64,000 bases of DNA from the human T2T-CHM13v2.0 reference genome, Homo sapiens (GCF_009914755.1 NC_060926.1), one strand, 5' to 3'; positions 1 through 14,162 are shown, counted from the first letter of the stretch. A program made the numbers and translations. Notes: generated from the letters alone by a model not told the origin.

Positions 1-385
1 TATTAACTGTTTCGGAAAAGGCAGCCCTGAATCTTCCTTCGCTACTGGAAGGCCACTGACTGCTTCCCTGTCACTGCTGTAACTTCTCAGTCCTTTATTC
101 TGGCCAGACTGGGTATGGACCCCAATCTTTGATTAGCTTTAGCAACACTGTGGAGAGTAACATGAGTTGGATAATGTGGCTTGCCAGATACTGTTTGCAT
201 GCTTGAGCTTGGAGCCATCAGTAGGAATGTGGTGTAGATTCAGTCTGGGCCTGTCTCTTTGTTCAACTTTCCTTAACTCTTACTATTTAGGAGGACGCTA
301 AGCACTCTAACCCCAGGCTTATTGTATTAGGAACCCCCTGGGTTTGGGTTCAAGTATCTTTATTTAAAAGCTTCCCTAAAAGACT

Positions 386-691
386 CTTATTTTTTATTTT
401 TTTATTTTTTAGACAGAGTCTCGCTCTGTCACCCAGGTTGGAGTACAGTGGCACAGTCTTGGCTCACTGCAACCTCCGCCTCCTGGATTCAAGTGATTCT
501 CCAGCCTCAGCCTCCCAGTAGCTGGGATTGCAGGCGTGTGCCACCACGCCCAGCTAATTTTTATATTTTTTAGTAGAGATGGGGTTTCGCCATGTTGGCC
601 AGGCTGGTCTCGAATTCCTGACCTCAGTTGATCTACCTGCCTCAGCCTCCCAAAGTGCTAGGATTACAGGCGTGAGCCTCCGCGCCTGGCC
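386..691 (-). mobile_element. Alu (AluS)
   Basis: Poly(T) followed by a full reverse-complement Alu dimer ending ...gcgcctggcc. Confidence 0.97.
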
Positions 692-692
692 A

Positions 693-995
693 AGAGACGA
701 TTATTCTAAGTGAGGTAACTCAGGAATGGAAAAACCAAACATCGTATCTTCTTGCTGTTATGTGGGAGCTAAGCTATGAGGATGCAAAAGTATAAGAATG
801 ATACAACGGACTTTGGGGACTTGGGGGCAAGGGTGGAAGGGGGACTATAAAAGACTACAAATGGGATACAGTGTATATTCCGTGGGTGATGGGTGTACCA
901 AAATCTCACAAATCACCACTGAAGAACTTACTTATGTAACCAAATACCATCTGTACCCCAATAACCTATGGAAAAAAAATTTTCAGAAAAAAAAA
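693..995 (+). mobile_element. L1PB-type LINE-1 3' end with A-rich tail
   Basis: gagctaagctatgaggatgcaaaa...aaaatctcacaaatcaccactgaagaactta...cctatggaaaaa matches the recalled L1PB 3' UTR; degenerate flanking repeat at ~366-386 and ~998-1017. Confidence 0.88.
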
Positions 996-1307
996 TGAAA
1001 GCTCCCTCAAGGATTCAGAGCAACTAGATTATGGAAACACAAGTTAAAAACCTTGAAATCCAGGCCTGAAAGAGTGAGGTCAAGGGACAGAGTGGGGAGA
1101 GAGCAAAGGTGTCCCCTGCAACACCACCACCCCTGCCTAAGACATACCAAGTTACCTAACAGACACCTTCCTCTTTCTGTGATGACTGACACCAGGAGGC
1201 TCCCTCCCTCCAGGGAGACCAGCCTAACCAAGACCTAAAGTCATCTTTACTCACAACACCATTCATACAAACACTTCTTTGGGAGAAAATCATACAATGA
1301 CCGTCAT

Positions 1308-1378
1308 CATAATAGTCACTGACCACTTACTCTGTGCCTGGCATAGTCTAAGTGCTTACAGATATTATCTCAATTAAT
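1308..1378 (-). mobile_element. MIR 3' fragment
   Basis: cacttactctgtgcctggcatagtctaagtgcttaca resembles the reverse complement of the MIR tail. Confidence 0.65.
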
Positions 1379-1544
1379 AGACTATATATGTATCTATATT
1401 GATATATATGATTGTATACATAGATTATTATACAGAGATACACGGATTATGTAGATATAATAACTTATGTGAGGTCAGGGTAGGGTTTTGGGTAGGGAGA
1501 GAAGTTGTTTTGAGACACTAAATAATGAAAAATAACACTATTTC

Positions 1545-1696
1545 CTTGTTTGTTTCCTTTTTATGTGCCTCCCACTACACTTTGAGAATAGTGAGCTCAG
1601 GGACCATGTCTGTCTTACTCACTGCTCTATACCATGTGCATATTGCAGTGCACGGCACACTGGAGGCCCAAAGATATGTATCAAATGCATGAATAA
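1545..1696 (+). mobile_element. L2 3' end
   Basis: cctcccactaca...cagggaccatgtctgtctt...tgcatgaataaa resembles the L2 terminus. Confidence 0.7.
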
Positions 1697-2510
1697 AAGG
1701 GAACTAAAATGCTGATAAAAAGTGTACTTTTACACTGATAAAAAGTGTATTTTTTGTGAGAAAACCTAAATGGGAAACCAGATTACATTCAGATTCAGAG
1801 CAAAGAAGGTTATTTGGAAGATACTGTTGGCTGGTAGCACCACACAATGATGCCATCCATCTCTTTGACCATTTCTGCTAAGAGGGATTGTGATCAGCGC
1901 ACCCTCTTTCCTGAACATAAATGTGTTTTTGTTTTGTTTTTAAATAACAACTTTATTTACATACTACACAATCTACCCCTTTAAATTGTACAATTCAGTG
2001 GTTTTAATATATTCACAAAGTGACACACCCATCACCACTCTCTAATTCCAGAACGTTTTCATCACCCCAAAAAGTACCCCTTAGCAGTCGCTTCTTATTT
2101 GCCCTTCCCCTCAGCCCTTGGCAACTACTAATCTCCTTATTGTCTCTATGGATTTGCCTATTTTGAACACTTCATATAAACAAAATTATATATGTTCTTT
2201 TTTGTCTGGCTTCTTTTTGAACTTAGCATAATGTGTTCCAGATTCATTCATGTTGCAGCATGAATCAGTACTCCATTTCTTTTTATTCCCATGTACTATT
2301 CCATCATATTGACATACTGCATGTTGTTTATCCACTCTTGAGTTGATGGACATTTGAGTTGTTTCCAATTTTCAGCTACCATGAATAGTGCTGCTAAGAA
2401 CATTCATTCACATATGAGTTTTTGTGTGGACATGTATTTTCATTTCATTTCTAGACATGGAATTGCTGGGTCACATGTAAAACTATAGGAACTATCAGAC
2501 TGTTTGGTAG

Positions 2511-2910
<400 letters not shown>

Positions 2911-2999
2911 TAATTTCAGCCATCCTAGTGGTATCTCATAGTGGTTTTATTTACATTTCTCTAATAAGTAATGGCATTGAACATCTTTTCATGTGATTA

Positions 3000-3521
<522 letters not shown>

Positions 3522-4539
3522 TCAAATTAATTAAGCTTTTCTACTGTTACTTGTACTTTTGGTATTGTTCTTAAGAAACCATTGCCTAATCCAAAGTCAA
3601 AAAAATTTACGCTTATGTTTTCTTTGGAAAGTTGTATCATTTTAGCTTGTACATTTAGGCCTATGATTGATTTTGAGTAGATTTTTATATATGGTATAAA
3701 CAAAAGTGGTTAAACTCACGGAATTCTTTCTTGCTGAAACTTCCAGGCTCAAAGTGGACCTTTTTTTTTTTTTCTTTTTTTCAGTTTACCTGATCTTTCT
3801 TCAGATCTGCAAATCTCTTTTACAAAGTCTTAATTACTCAATTTCTTTGTTCTGCTCTTCTGGTATGTTGACAGAGAAGTAGGCTGATTACTTCTGGAGA
3901 TTGATAACTATGTTCATCATGTGTTGACTCTTTGAGAGAAAATGTAGTTCCAGGTTCTTTGGGGTGGGGTTAAGGGTGGGATGATCTAACAATAATGGTT
4001 TCCTATATGCTTACCATATAGAACAGATGGTTTCAAACTTTTGGGTATGGTGAGAGTTTGTAAGTTTGTAATGGTAGAATATATAGCTTTGCCTGAACTA
4101 AATTGAAAGCTGTAACCAAGAAAATAAATATCTTGGTAGCTCTTCACTTTTTGGGATCTTAGAATAAAATTTGGTCTTAATGTTAACTCAAAGTTGTGGC
4201 TGAAGTTTAACAGGACAGCATTTAACATTTGCAGAAATGTGTCTGCTTTCTAACTAGGTTACAAATTTGCTCTTGAGGATAACTCAAGGTGAAGACTTGC
4301 AGGTCTGGGCTTCCCCAGGCCCTTTGGTGGCAAAGATAAGCCATGAGCTCTTGTTAATTGGTCCCTGGATTTTAATCTTCAGATATAGAAGCCAACAGTT
4401 CATTGCAGAGAATTCTCATTTGGCAACTGAGTTTTCCCAAGTCAACAAAGCATAAGGTCATTAGTTCTCAGAAGATAGCACATCTATTTAATGAAGTCTT
4501 ATTTGTTGGAAGTGGCTAGAGATCAGGGCCCAAATGAGC

Positions 4540-4846
4540 TTTTTTTCTTTTTTCTTTTTCTTTTTTTGAGATGGAATCTTACTCTGTCGCTCAGGCTGGA
4601 GAGCAGTGGTGTGATCTTGGCTCACTGCAACCTCCGCCTCCGGGTGCAAGCAATTCTCTGCCTCAGCCTCTCGAACAGCTGGGATTACAGGCACCCGCCA
4701 CCACGGCCGGCTAATTTTTTGTATTTTTAGTAGAGTTGGGGTTTCACCATCTTGGCCAGGCTGGTTTTGAACTCCTGACCTCGTGATCCACCTGCCTCAG
4801 CCTCCCAAAGTGCTGGGATTACAGGCGTGAGCCACCGTGCCCAGCC
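4540..4846 (-). mobile_element. Alu (AluS)
   Basis: Full dimer; TSD caaatgagct/caaatgaact. Confidence 0.97.
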
Positions 4847-5731
4847 AAATGAACTCATTTTCTAATCACTATACTTGACTAACACACAATGGCATGGTGG
4901 TTTTCCCTAGGTCTAACAATCAGTGAGAAGAATACATTTTTTTTCCAACTAGCATTAAAAATAAGTTTTCCAAACTGAAGAGAAGACTTCTGCCATCATT
5001 ATTTTATGTTGCAGTATCCATATTTGTGTTCTCATTAAAAAATTCTTGTTGTCCTCTCTTACATAAGCAGAGATGAATACATTCAAAGCAGGAGTATGCA
5101 ACAAGATACATGGTTCAGAACATAGGAACTGAAAAACACAGTTTTGATGGATCGTTGCTACATCTGGTTATAGACAACTGATTCACAATTAATTGGGCCA
5201 TGGAGCAAAGTGAGATTATATCTAGAAAATTTTCAACCCTTATTTTAATTCGTCACTTAATTTTAAAAATTTCAGCTTGTGCGTGGATTTGCCATAAAAC
5301 CAATGATGCAAAAGCTTCATTTGCCAGAGCCCTTTCCAGGCCCTGTATCAAATTTTGCTTTTGTAATTTATGTTATTTTCCTTAAAAGGAGTCTTCAAAA
5401 ATGTATGGGTTTTAGGTTTCACCCTTGCCTGAGTTAGTTAGCTACATCTCACTTCTTTATATAGGCTATTTTTAAAATGCATGCACAAGTGGTTAAAAGC
5501 AGATGATTTGTAAAATGAGTTATTTCTTCAAGTTCTATAAAGCGATAGCAAGAAAGAAAACCCTAGATTTCTGTATCATCTATCTTACAAAAAAAAACCC
5601 TCTAGTTATCTGTTTTTTCTTACCCTTTTTTGTTTCAAACCACAGTGTTTCACTGAGCAGCTGAGGTCTCATGTGTTTAGTGGCTGGAAAATGTGGTTCA
5701 TGTTCTTGACTTGGTAGGGCTCATGGAGAAG

Positions 5732-6145
5732 TGTGTTAGTCTGTTCTTGCATTGCTATAAAGAAATACCCAAGACTGGGTAATTTATAAAGAAAAGAGGT
5801 TTTATTGGCTGATGGTTCTGCAGGCTTTATAGAAAGCATGGTGCTGGCATCTGCTTAGCTGCTAGGGAGGCCCCAGGAAGCTTACAATATGGCAGAAGGT
5901 GAAGGAGGAGTAGCAGGCTTGTCACATGGCCAGAGCAGGAGCAAGAGAGTGAGAGTTGGTGGAGGAGGTGCCCCACACTTTTAAATGACCAGATCTCATG
6001 AGAACTCACTCACTATCATGAAGACAGCACGAAGCCATGAGGGATCCACTCCCATGATCCAAACACCTCCCACCAGGCCCTACCTCCAGCACTGGGGATT
6101 ACAACTCAACACGAGATTTGGGCTTCAGATATCTAAACTATATCA
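5732..6145 (-). mobile_element. MSTA-type MaLR solo LTR
   Basis: TG...CA termini; perfect 5-bp TSD agaag at 5727-5731 and 6146-6150; cattgctataaagaaatacc...gactgggtaatttataaagaaaagaggttt motif. Confidence 0.93.
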
Positions 6146-6372
6146 AGAAGCCAGTTCTACTTTACTTGGTGGTTCTCCAGACCATGCTGTATAAGAAGCT
6201 CTGTCAGGAAGATGGATTTGGCTTACCCAAATGCCACATTCTGCTTCGGCTGTAGCTTCCTCATGTGTAAAATACACATAAATTACTTTCCTACTTCAGA
6301 GATGTCAGGTGAAATGCAACAGAATAGGTGCTCTTAGGAAAACAAGATGATTTAGAAATTAAGGAACTTCTG

Positions 6373-6480
6373 TGTAAGCTCTGTGAGTGTTCGACTATGT
6401 CTGTCTAGCCCCCAACCTTAGTACAGGGCCCTGGATATAGTAGGTGCTCCATAAATATTTGTGACATGAATGATTGATTG
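6373..6480 (+). mobile_element. L2 3' end
   Basis: tgtaagctc...tagtaggtgctccataaatatttg...tgaatga. Confidence 0.7.
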
Positions 6481-6515
6481 CTGTAGTAGGCTTTGATTTC
6501 TTTCATTGCCCTCAT

Positions 6516-6972
6516 GTATTAGTTAAGGTACTGCTAGCTGTTTCAATAGTAACCCCTGCAATCTCGATGACATAATACAAATGAAATCTGTTTCTTGCTT
6601 ATAGACAGTCCACCTGTGGGAGGAAGGCAGATGGAAGAGGAAATCAATGAGGGTCCTAGGCTGACAGAGGCTCTGCCATCTTCAGCAGATGGCTTCCAAT
6701 ATGACCATGAGTGGGCATCAGTGTCAGGTGTCTGAAGCAGAAAGCGAGAGCATGGAGAATTCCACAGATGATATACAGAAGATTGCATAGAGGCCTGGAG
6801 AGAGGGTGCACCCTTCCCCTCACATTCCACTGGGAAGAATTCAGTCACTTCGCTTCAACCTACCGCAAGGGAGGCTGGGAAATGAGGGCTCTGGCTGGTT
6901 AGCTGCTGCCCAGGGACATCTTTACAACATGGAAGGGCAGCATGTGGGTGGCAGCTGGCCTTCTCTGCTGCT
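6516..6972 (-). mobile_element. MLT1 (K/L-like) MaLR LTR
   Basis: Starts tgtattagttaagg; contains ggctgacagaggctctgccatctt and caagggaggctgggaaatg motifs. Confidence 0.75.
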
Positions 6973-6991
6973 CTAGAATACAGAACCTAAC

Positions 6992-7058
6992 GAGAGAAAG
7001 AGAGAAAGAGAGAGAGAGAGAGAAGGAAGAGAGAGAGAGAGAGAGAGAGAAGAGGAAA
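6992..7058. repeat. (GA)n-rich microsatellite
   Basis: Purine repeat seen directly. Confidence 0.95.
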
Positions 7059-7374
7059 GGGATGGATGATCCAAGGCAGAAATTATGTGGCATGTGATGA
7101 GAGAGGAACAAGGACAAAAAGAGTGTCCAGGACATCAGTTAGAGAGATGAATGGAAGCACAATAAGGATGCAAGTAAAAATAGAAGCAATTAATGTGAGA
7201 AATGTCCTTTGATCCTTTTGTACAAAAACAAAGCAGCATGCTTCAAACCTCCCTCTGTGTATGTCTTGCCTAAATTTTTCTCCTCGGACTCAACCTTCCA
7301 TTCATTTTCTATGCTTCACTCTGCCAGAGAGACTATGAAAGCCTTTCAAAAGTAGTTTTCAGTCCTGACTTTGA

Positions 7375-7782
<408 letters not shown>

Positions 7783-9402
7783 CAAGTATCACATAATTTT
7801 TTTTTAAAACAAAAACAAAAACAAAAAAACAGCTTGTCATCCATTAGCTATATATATATTCAAATGCTGATTAAATTGCTGATGTATTTTTTTTTGGTTA
7901 AGTGTTATTCTGTCAGTGACCCAAGAGTCTCAGAAATAAAGTGAATTTCTAAAGAGAGAGTCCTCACACCCAGAATGAAGGCGGAAGGCTACTTCTGGAA
8001 ATAAAATTGTGCAGATGTAGTTGCAAGTGAGTCAGCCTCAGTGAGAAACAAATTGTTTGAACAATAGACTTAATTAACTTGTGTTTATGTCTTCCATCAT
8101 GGCAGGTGTAAAGTCCCAGGGCACCTGCGGATACACCTGAGCTAGAGCCTAGAGTTGCTTCTAGAAGAGAGTGAAAAATGACTGAAGCGTTAAATAAGAC
8201 CATGATGGTATGGTAGCTCTCCCCTGCTGCCTGCGGGTAAGGCTCCAAAGGGAAGAGAAATATAGGACTGAGTTCCTGGAGCTTTGTCTACTATATTTCT
8301 TTTAACTTGAAAAGAGCATTTAGCACTAACAGAAGTGCAGTTTGGGTTGGCTTATAACGAGGATCCTCTCTATTGGGGGATGTATGCTGCTTCTAAATAA
8401 GAAAGAGGAGTGTCAGGAAGGTGAGTCTAACTGGCAAGAACAGGGGTCCAAATCAAATCAATCCCTTTCTCACATCTAACCTGATGGAGAGAAATCCCTT
8501 GCTTGTACAATGATGCATATTTGGGGAAATGCTTGAGGTGCTTCATCTCAGGTTTAGTTCTCTATAAAAAGAATTAAATGTTTCTCTTTTTGGAAATATT
8601 TCTGTCGTAATTTGGGCCTGCCTTCATTAAATGCTCTTTTTCTTAGACTTTTTTTTTTTTTAGTGTTTATTGTAATGTGTATTAAATATGGCAATAAAAT
8701 GCCTGGAGATAAACAGTACAGAGCATAAACATAACTTCTTGTCTAGTTGTGTGTTCAAGGTTGGCTTCATCCACTAATGATTGGGTTATGAAACTCACTT
8801 GGGTTTTTTTACTATTTAAAAAACTCAATCTACTTATTATTCATCTTACTGATGAGGCCAACTGCATTCAGTGTCAATGATGCAATACTCACTTGGTAGA
8901 GAAATAGCTTCCTTCCTGAATTCTTATTTTTGGTCTGAAAGTTTGCTGCCAATTTATAACATAGTTTTAGAGAGAAAAATATAATTGATAGGTAGAACTC
9001 TTTGAAGATTCAGGTGAATCCAAGGTGAAGAGAATAATTGAACATATTGTAGCTGTATTACTTTTATTTAAGACTGATTAAAATGCTGATATAGAATGTG
9101 TGTGTATTTTTGTACATAATTTATTCATTTCTCAATATCTCATCAACAATTATGGAGCACTTTCTCTATGACCAGCATGCTGGGGGCTGGCAGTACAAGG
9201 AGAATAAGATGGCCACAAGGAGGTGGGAGTAGAAGGAGATCTGATCTGGTAAGATGATCAGTTCGATCATTTTTGGAATATATTCACTAAATGTGACCTT
9301 GGGAAGAGATTTCATGAAGTTCTCTTACATTGTTGCAGGTTACTGTTGGCTTTTATACATTGAGCCTTTTAGCTGTTACAGCATATATGACACGTATACA
9401 AA

Positions 9403-10060
9403 CTCATTCAGTCGAATTCCTCAAACTGCTATTGAACTACCTTTGTGCTAGAAGCAGTGATACGATGTGAAAGAACACTTGGTCTTCTTCAGGAGTTGCT
9501 TGAGGCAGAGAGTCATGCAAACGATAAGTTATATGGAAATAGCTTAAGCACCAAGCATGAAGGAAGCATAGATGAAGTCAGGTGATCTGTGCTGCCTGGA
9601 GAGAGCTCTTGAGATGAGGCGCCATTTGAAGTGAGCTTTAAACGTTGAGTGTGAGCAAAGAAGAGAGAAATGGGCAAGCCAGGTAGAGGGAACAGCAAAA
9701 AGGAAAGAACCTGAGGCAAGAAAAGGCATGGACCATTTAGAAAACAGTGGGAGACTCTGTGTGGCCAGATCAATGAATTCGTGGCAGTTAATGGTTGGGC
9801 ATGAGGGCAGAGAAGCCAACTGGGAACAGTGTGGGCATGCCACTTTGAGGAATATTCCAGAGGATTTTAAGCAGGGAAATGAAGTTCTTATGTGTGGGAG
9901 GAAAAGTATGGTGGTAAGTGGGCTGTACATTGTGGAGGGGAGAGACTGAGGATAGCAAGGTTTTCTAGCCCTTTATAAAAGAGGTGCTGGGAGCCTAGAC
10001 TGCAGAATTGGAATGAAGAACCAAGTTGCTACAGATAAGGAACTGGACTGGGCTTGAGGC
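9403..10060 (-). mobile_element. L2 fragment
   Basis: ccaggtagagggaacagcaaa...gaggcaagaaaaggcatgg...gaggattttaagcaggg typical of antisense L2. Confidence 0.7.
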
Positions 10061-10925
10061 AAATAAACCTTTAAACCAGTTTAGTTGAAAGGATAAGGTT
10101 CTGGGGGTTTACAAAGGCATCAATAACAAGGAAACAAAGTACTAGAGGAGGCTCAGGTTAGTTAGGAACCAGTTAGTTTGAGATGGGGGGAGTTGATTTA
10201 ATGAAAGTGTCTTGGCTAAAGTATTGGAGTGTAAGGACAAGCCACAGATATAACACATTGATAATTGAGAACTTTGCTCAAAATAAATTATCCCACTGAT
10301 GTTGTTTTCACTATCGAATACAGAGGTGAATATCTGTCAAAATGGCCTGGCAACCCTGCTTTGGTGGGGCAGCTTATTTAATATTATGAAAATTAACTAT
10401 TCATTACTTTCCAATTTCAATCCCATTACGCATTGCATAACCCAACTGGGCTAAGGGGTCCAAGGTCTACGTTCTCTACCAATTCTACTACCACAAACAG
10501 TTATCTTGAGAAAGCAAACTTTCAACTTTCCTTCAATAAAATGATTGCTATTGTATATCAATCAGTAGAGCTTGCATGTCTGTTCTCTCCCATTGCTCAA
10601 AATGAGCACATAGTCTACTACATCATTTGTCTAAAGGATGGGCTTAGTTAGAAGTTATAAGGACTGCTAAATTTTGGAGCATTTGCTAAGAGAAAATGCT
10701 CAGGACTATCTTGTTTTTCTCTTCATTATAATGACTATTGGATTCTCTCAATTCTACTCACTTTTTAGATTTGTCATTACGGGAAACTAAAGCCATACAC
10801 TTGTCTTGGCATATTGTTAGTGCCCTTTTGACAATACTTGACAGTAATCCAACTCCAAATAGTTTAAATCTTTTTTTTTTAAAAAAGGGAATTTATTCCT
10901 CAAAAAATTTGGAAGTCAAGAAGGA

Positions 10926-11600
10926 TGTTGCAGGTTGGTTTCTTCCAGAAGCAGACACACAGATGGAGTTAGGAGTGCAAACGTTTTCTTGGGTAGTAAC
11001 ACTAGTGAAAGGAAAAGGGAGGAAGCAGAGTGGGCAGAAGAGGCCACCAGTCTGCAAAACAGATCCCACAGTCTCTGCTAGCACCACATGGGGCTCTGAA
11101 GGAGCTCTGCATTGGGTGGGAATGGCTAGGACCGTGATTCCTGAACTGCGCCGCCTGACTCTCCAGGGTGCCAGGGAAAACACTCAGGGGCACTGCAGGG
11201 TATTTTTAATTTTCCAGGGAAACACGGTAACGTATGTCAGGCACTGCACAAACTACTACTGTTTACTCGTTTGGACCTAACTATTTAAAAAAGGGAACTA
11301 TAGGCATTTCTTTTGACTTCTGGGGTGCCATGAAAAAATTACTGAGCACTAAGAGTGCCATGAACTGAGAAAGCTTGAGGATCTCTGGACTAGGCCTTGT
11401 TTCTTGGGACCCTCAAAAAGAATCTGACCTTGGTTATCAGAGCCTTGCTCAGTCATGGGCTGGGGCAGCCTCAGAAGAGTGTGACCTCAGTCTAAAGGCT
11501 GGTGGCCCATGAAGCTAATAGCTGGAGGCTGTCTCTACCAACTACAGCCAAGCACACTCCTCAAAGGTGGAAAGCAGGTCCTTTCTTGAAGGGGGATCTG
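10926..11600. mobile_element. LTR16-family (ERVL) LTR split by a hAT element
   Basis: caggttggtttcttccagaagcagacac...gatggagtt...gaggaagcagagtgggcag; resumes after 11388 and runs to tcttgaagggggatctg. Confidence 0.75.
11132..11387 (+). mobile_element. hAT-Charlie non-autonomous DNA transposon (MER119/Charlie7a-like)
   Basis: Degenerate terminal inverted repeats; 8-bp TSD ggctagga/gactaggc (6/8, central TA); gtttggacctaacta...ggtgccatgaaaaaattactgag motif. Confidence 0.75.
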
Positions 11601-12034
11601 ATTCCATGGTGGATCTTGAAGGGTGATCTGTTACATGGTGGTCTGACTTCAGGTGTGCTGTATCTAGGGACTCACTCCTCTTGGTTTCATTCTCTCTGAG
11701 TACAGGATGGGCTTTCTGCACCCTTTGAAGAAGATGAGTTTTGGCAGTCTTTCCCCAACTGAAAGATAAGGCTCTTCTCTTTGACTTCAAATTGTGATTG
11801 GCCTGGCTTGGGTGGCATGCCCAGTTCTGGGCTAATTGCTGTGTAGGAAACGATTGTTGGGGCTGGTTGCCGTCACATGCTCCTTTCCAGGTATTTCCAT
11901 GCCAGGATTTTTCCCATCGTTCGGGTCTGTGCTCCACTATCAGTTCTTCAGTATCCCACAGGTGGTTTACAGCTGCCATCTTGCTTTATTTTCTTCCTGT
12001 TACTCATTGTTAAAAAGCATACTATTGACTTTTC

Positions 12035-12168
12035 GCTCTGTGTTATTGTCCACCTCTTCCAGTAGAATCTAAGCTCCATGTAGGCAGAGAGGCTGCTGGT
12101 CTTGCTCACTGCTGAAGCCCCAGTGCCAAGACAATGCACTCAATAGATATCTGTGGAAAACTGAGTGA
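12035..12168 (+). mobile_element. L2 3' end
   Basis: tagaatctaagctccatgtaggcag...ccccagtgccaagacaatg...ctcaatagatat. Confidence 0.7.
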
Positions 12169-13159
12169 GAATCCATTCCTATGGCCAGGGGAGCATGGCA
12201 CCATAGTACTCAGAAGGAGCCAATCAGAATCATTTCCTGCATGGTCAGGGTGTGTGGGGAGCAATTCTCCCAAGGAAGTGAAGATTTTAGGCAGAAGAAA
12301 ACAATGAACAGCTGGTTGTTCTAGGTTGGAGGCAGTCTTGTTTTTCATCCAGCTGAGGCTGGACCTCACCATGGGATGTGGCCCAGACATTCAGATTAGA
12401 ATCAGTTCCTTTGATATAAGTAGACACAGTCATCAGTGGAATTATTAGAGAACTGCAATTGGTAATTCCAAATGATTTTATGGAGGCTGAGGAGCTGTTA
12501 TGCAGTTCTAATATCTGTGATCCCCCAGAGCCCTCCCACTCTTTGACAACTTATTTCCAATGCACAGATGGTTTCTATGGGTCTTAAGATGACTATTAAG
12601 TCACTAGGCCCAGGCTTACAAATAAGCTTTTATGTGTCAAGCCTTGCATTTTACTTGTGAACTGCTTCTTATTTGGATGATAAAAAGCAATTTCAGTAGC
12701 ACTTAACAAAATTGGTTTGTGACCAGACAAGGACCCAGGGCTCCACTTGCAGAGTTGGGAAGTATGACTCTTCTCGCCTCAGCAATTCCAGAAAGTTCTC
12801 ATGTTTTAAATTCAGTCGGGACCTTCAGTCACCCATTGCTTCTGAGCCTGAAGGTGGGCAGGTTACCTGCACCTTAAACAAGGCTTGTGGAACCTCTTCA
12901 TGTAAGTCACTGAAAGAATTATTAGACAACCAAAAGGTGGAGTTCTGCTTGAAAAATGTGCCAGATGTCTGATCTGGCCTGCTTATTCACATATTTTCAT
13001 CCACCCTACTTATAGAGCCACGTTTATTCATGCTCGCATTTGCATACTATTCTCAAGTTCCATTTGCATATTTAAAACTTATTATTATTTTAAATAGGCA
13101 TGTTTACTTGATTGTCAACCTCATCAGAGCAGATCTCATCCTTTCTTACTTTCGTGAAC

Positions 13160-13310
13160 TGGAACATAACAGAAAGAGCCCTGCACAGACATCACATCAA
13201 CTCTGCCACCAACTCATTGCACGATGTTGGAAGTCTCATGCCCTCCTTTATCTCCATTTTCTTACCTGTAAAACGAAGGAGAGGGAAAGGCCCTTGGAGC
13301 TGCTGTGAGT
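13160..13310 (+). mobile_element. MIR-family fragment
   Basis: ctctgccaccaactc...ctccattttcttacctgtaaaacg core. Confidence 0.6.
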
Positions 13311-14143
13311 CTAAAAACCCTGTACCTCATCCACAGTAGGTGCCATCATAGGGAGCCTCTTGCCAGCACTGCCTGGAGGAGGGATCCCCTTCCCCAGGCA
13401 GTTTTCTTCATCCAGCCTGTGAGTCTCTATTCCCAGCACTAGTCTCAGATAAAAGCTGCTCTGGAAGCTGATAGGGCAATGACAGTCTCCTTGCTAGGGG
13501 AGGGGGACTTTTGCCTCACTTTTCTTATTGTCCCCAAGGGAAGCAACCATGATAAATGCAAAACAGGCACAAGGGTCGTCTGCTCAGCTGGTGACACCAG
13601 ACCGCGCTTTCTGTTGAGCCTAGCCAGTGACACTCACGCTGCCTGGGGGACTGGTTGGGGAGGGGATCTATTTTTCTCTGAGTTGATAGACAGTAAATCC
13701 CATTCCTGGTTTACAGTAGCTCAGGGCCAAGGGAACCCTGCCGTTTAGTAGGAAACAGACCTAGGGTACACTGACCAGCCTCCTGAGAGGAAATAGCCCA
13801 CATGAAGGAAGGGCAGGGCAGTTTGTGACTTTAGTTTTCACTTGAATGGGAGGCTAATTAACATAAAATTAATTTTATTGTGGCTATCAAACAGCCTAGA
13901 GTTCATATGCTATAAAAAAATTATAGTAATTAGTGCATCCAGCCAGCACAACAATACAAATATTCAGTGGCATTTGTGATTTCCAACAGAGCATTTGCTA
14001 CCTGGGCAATTCTCCTTCTGAGTATCTGTTTCTCAAGAATATGGTTTTTAATAGCTTTGACTTGACATTTATATCTTGAGCAAAACTGAAATGGGCAGCT
14101 AAAGACTAATTATGCTAAATATTCTAACAAGCATAATTACCGT

Positions 14144-14162
14144 TGTTCCAGCAGGGGGCACC
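14144..14162 (+). promoter_or_regulatory. Candidate CTCF binding site
   Basis: ccagcagggggcac (14148-14161) fits CCASYAGRKGGCRS at all 14 positions, in non-repeat sequence. Confidence 0.7.

Noticed and set aside
1712-1754. Short tandem duplications (23-bp unit here; 17-bp at 52608-52641; attataggtg at about 56581-56612)
   Set aside because: Ordinary slippage products with no sign of function.
10738-11280. 180-aa ORF
   Set aside because: Non-ATG start; runs through LTR16 and hAT fragments; no protein similarity recognised.
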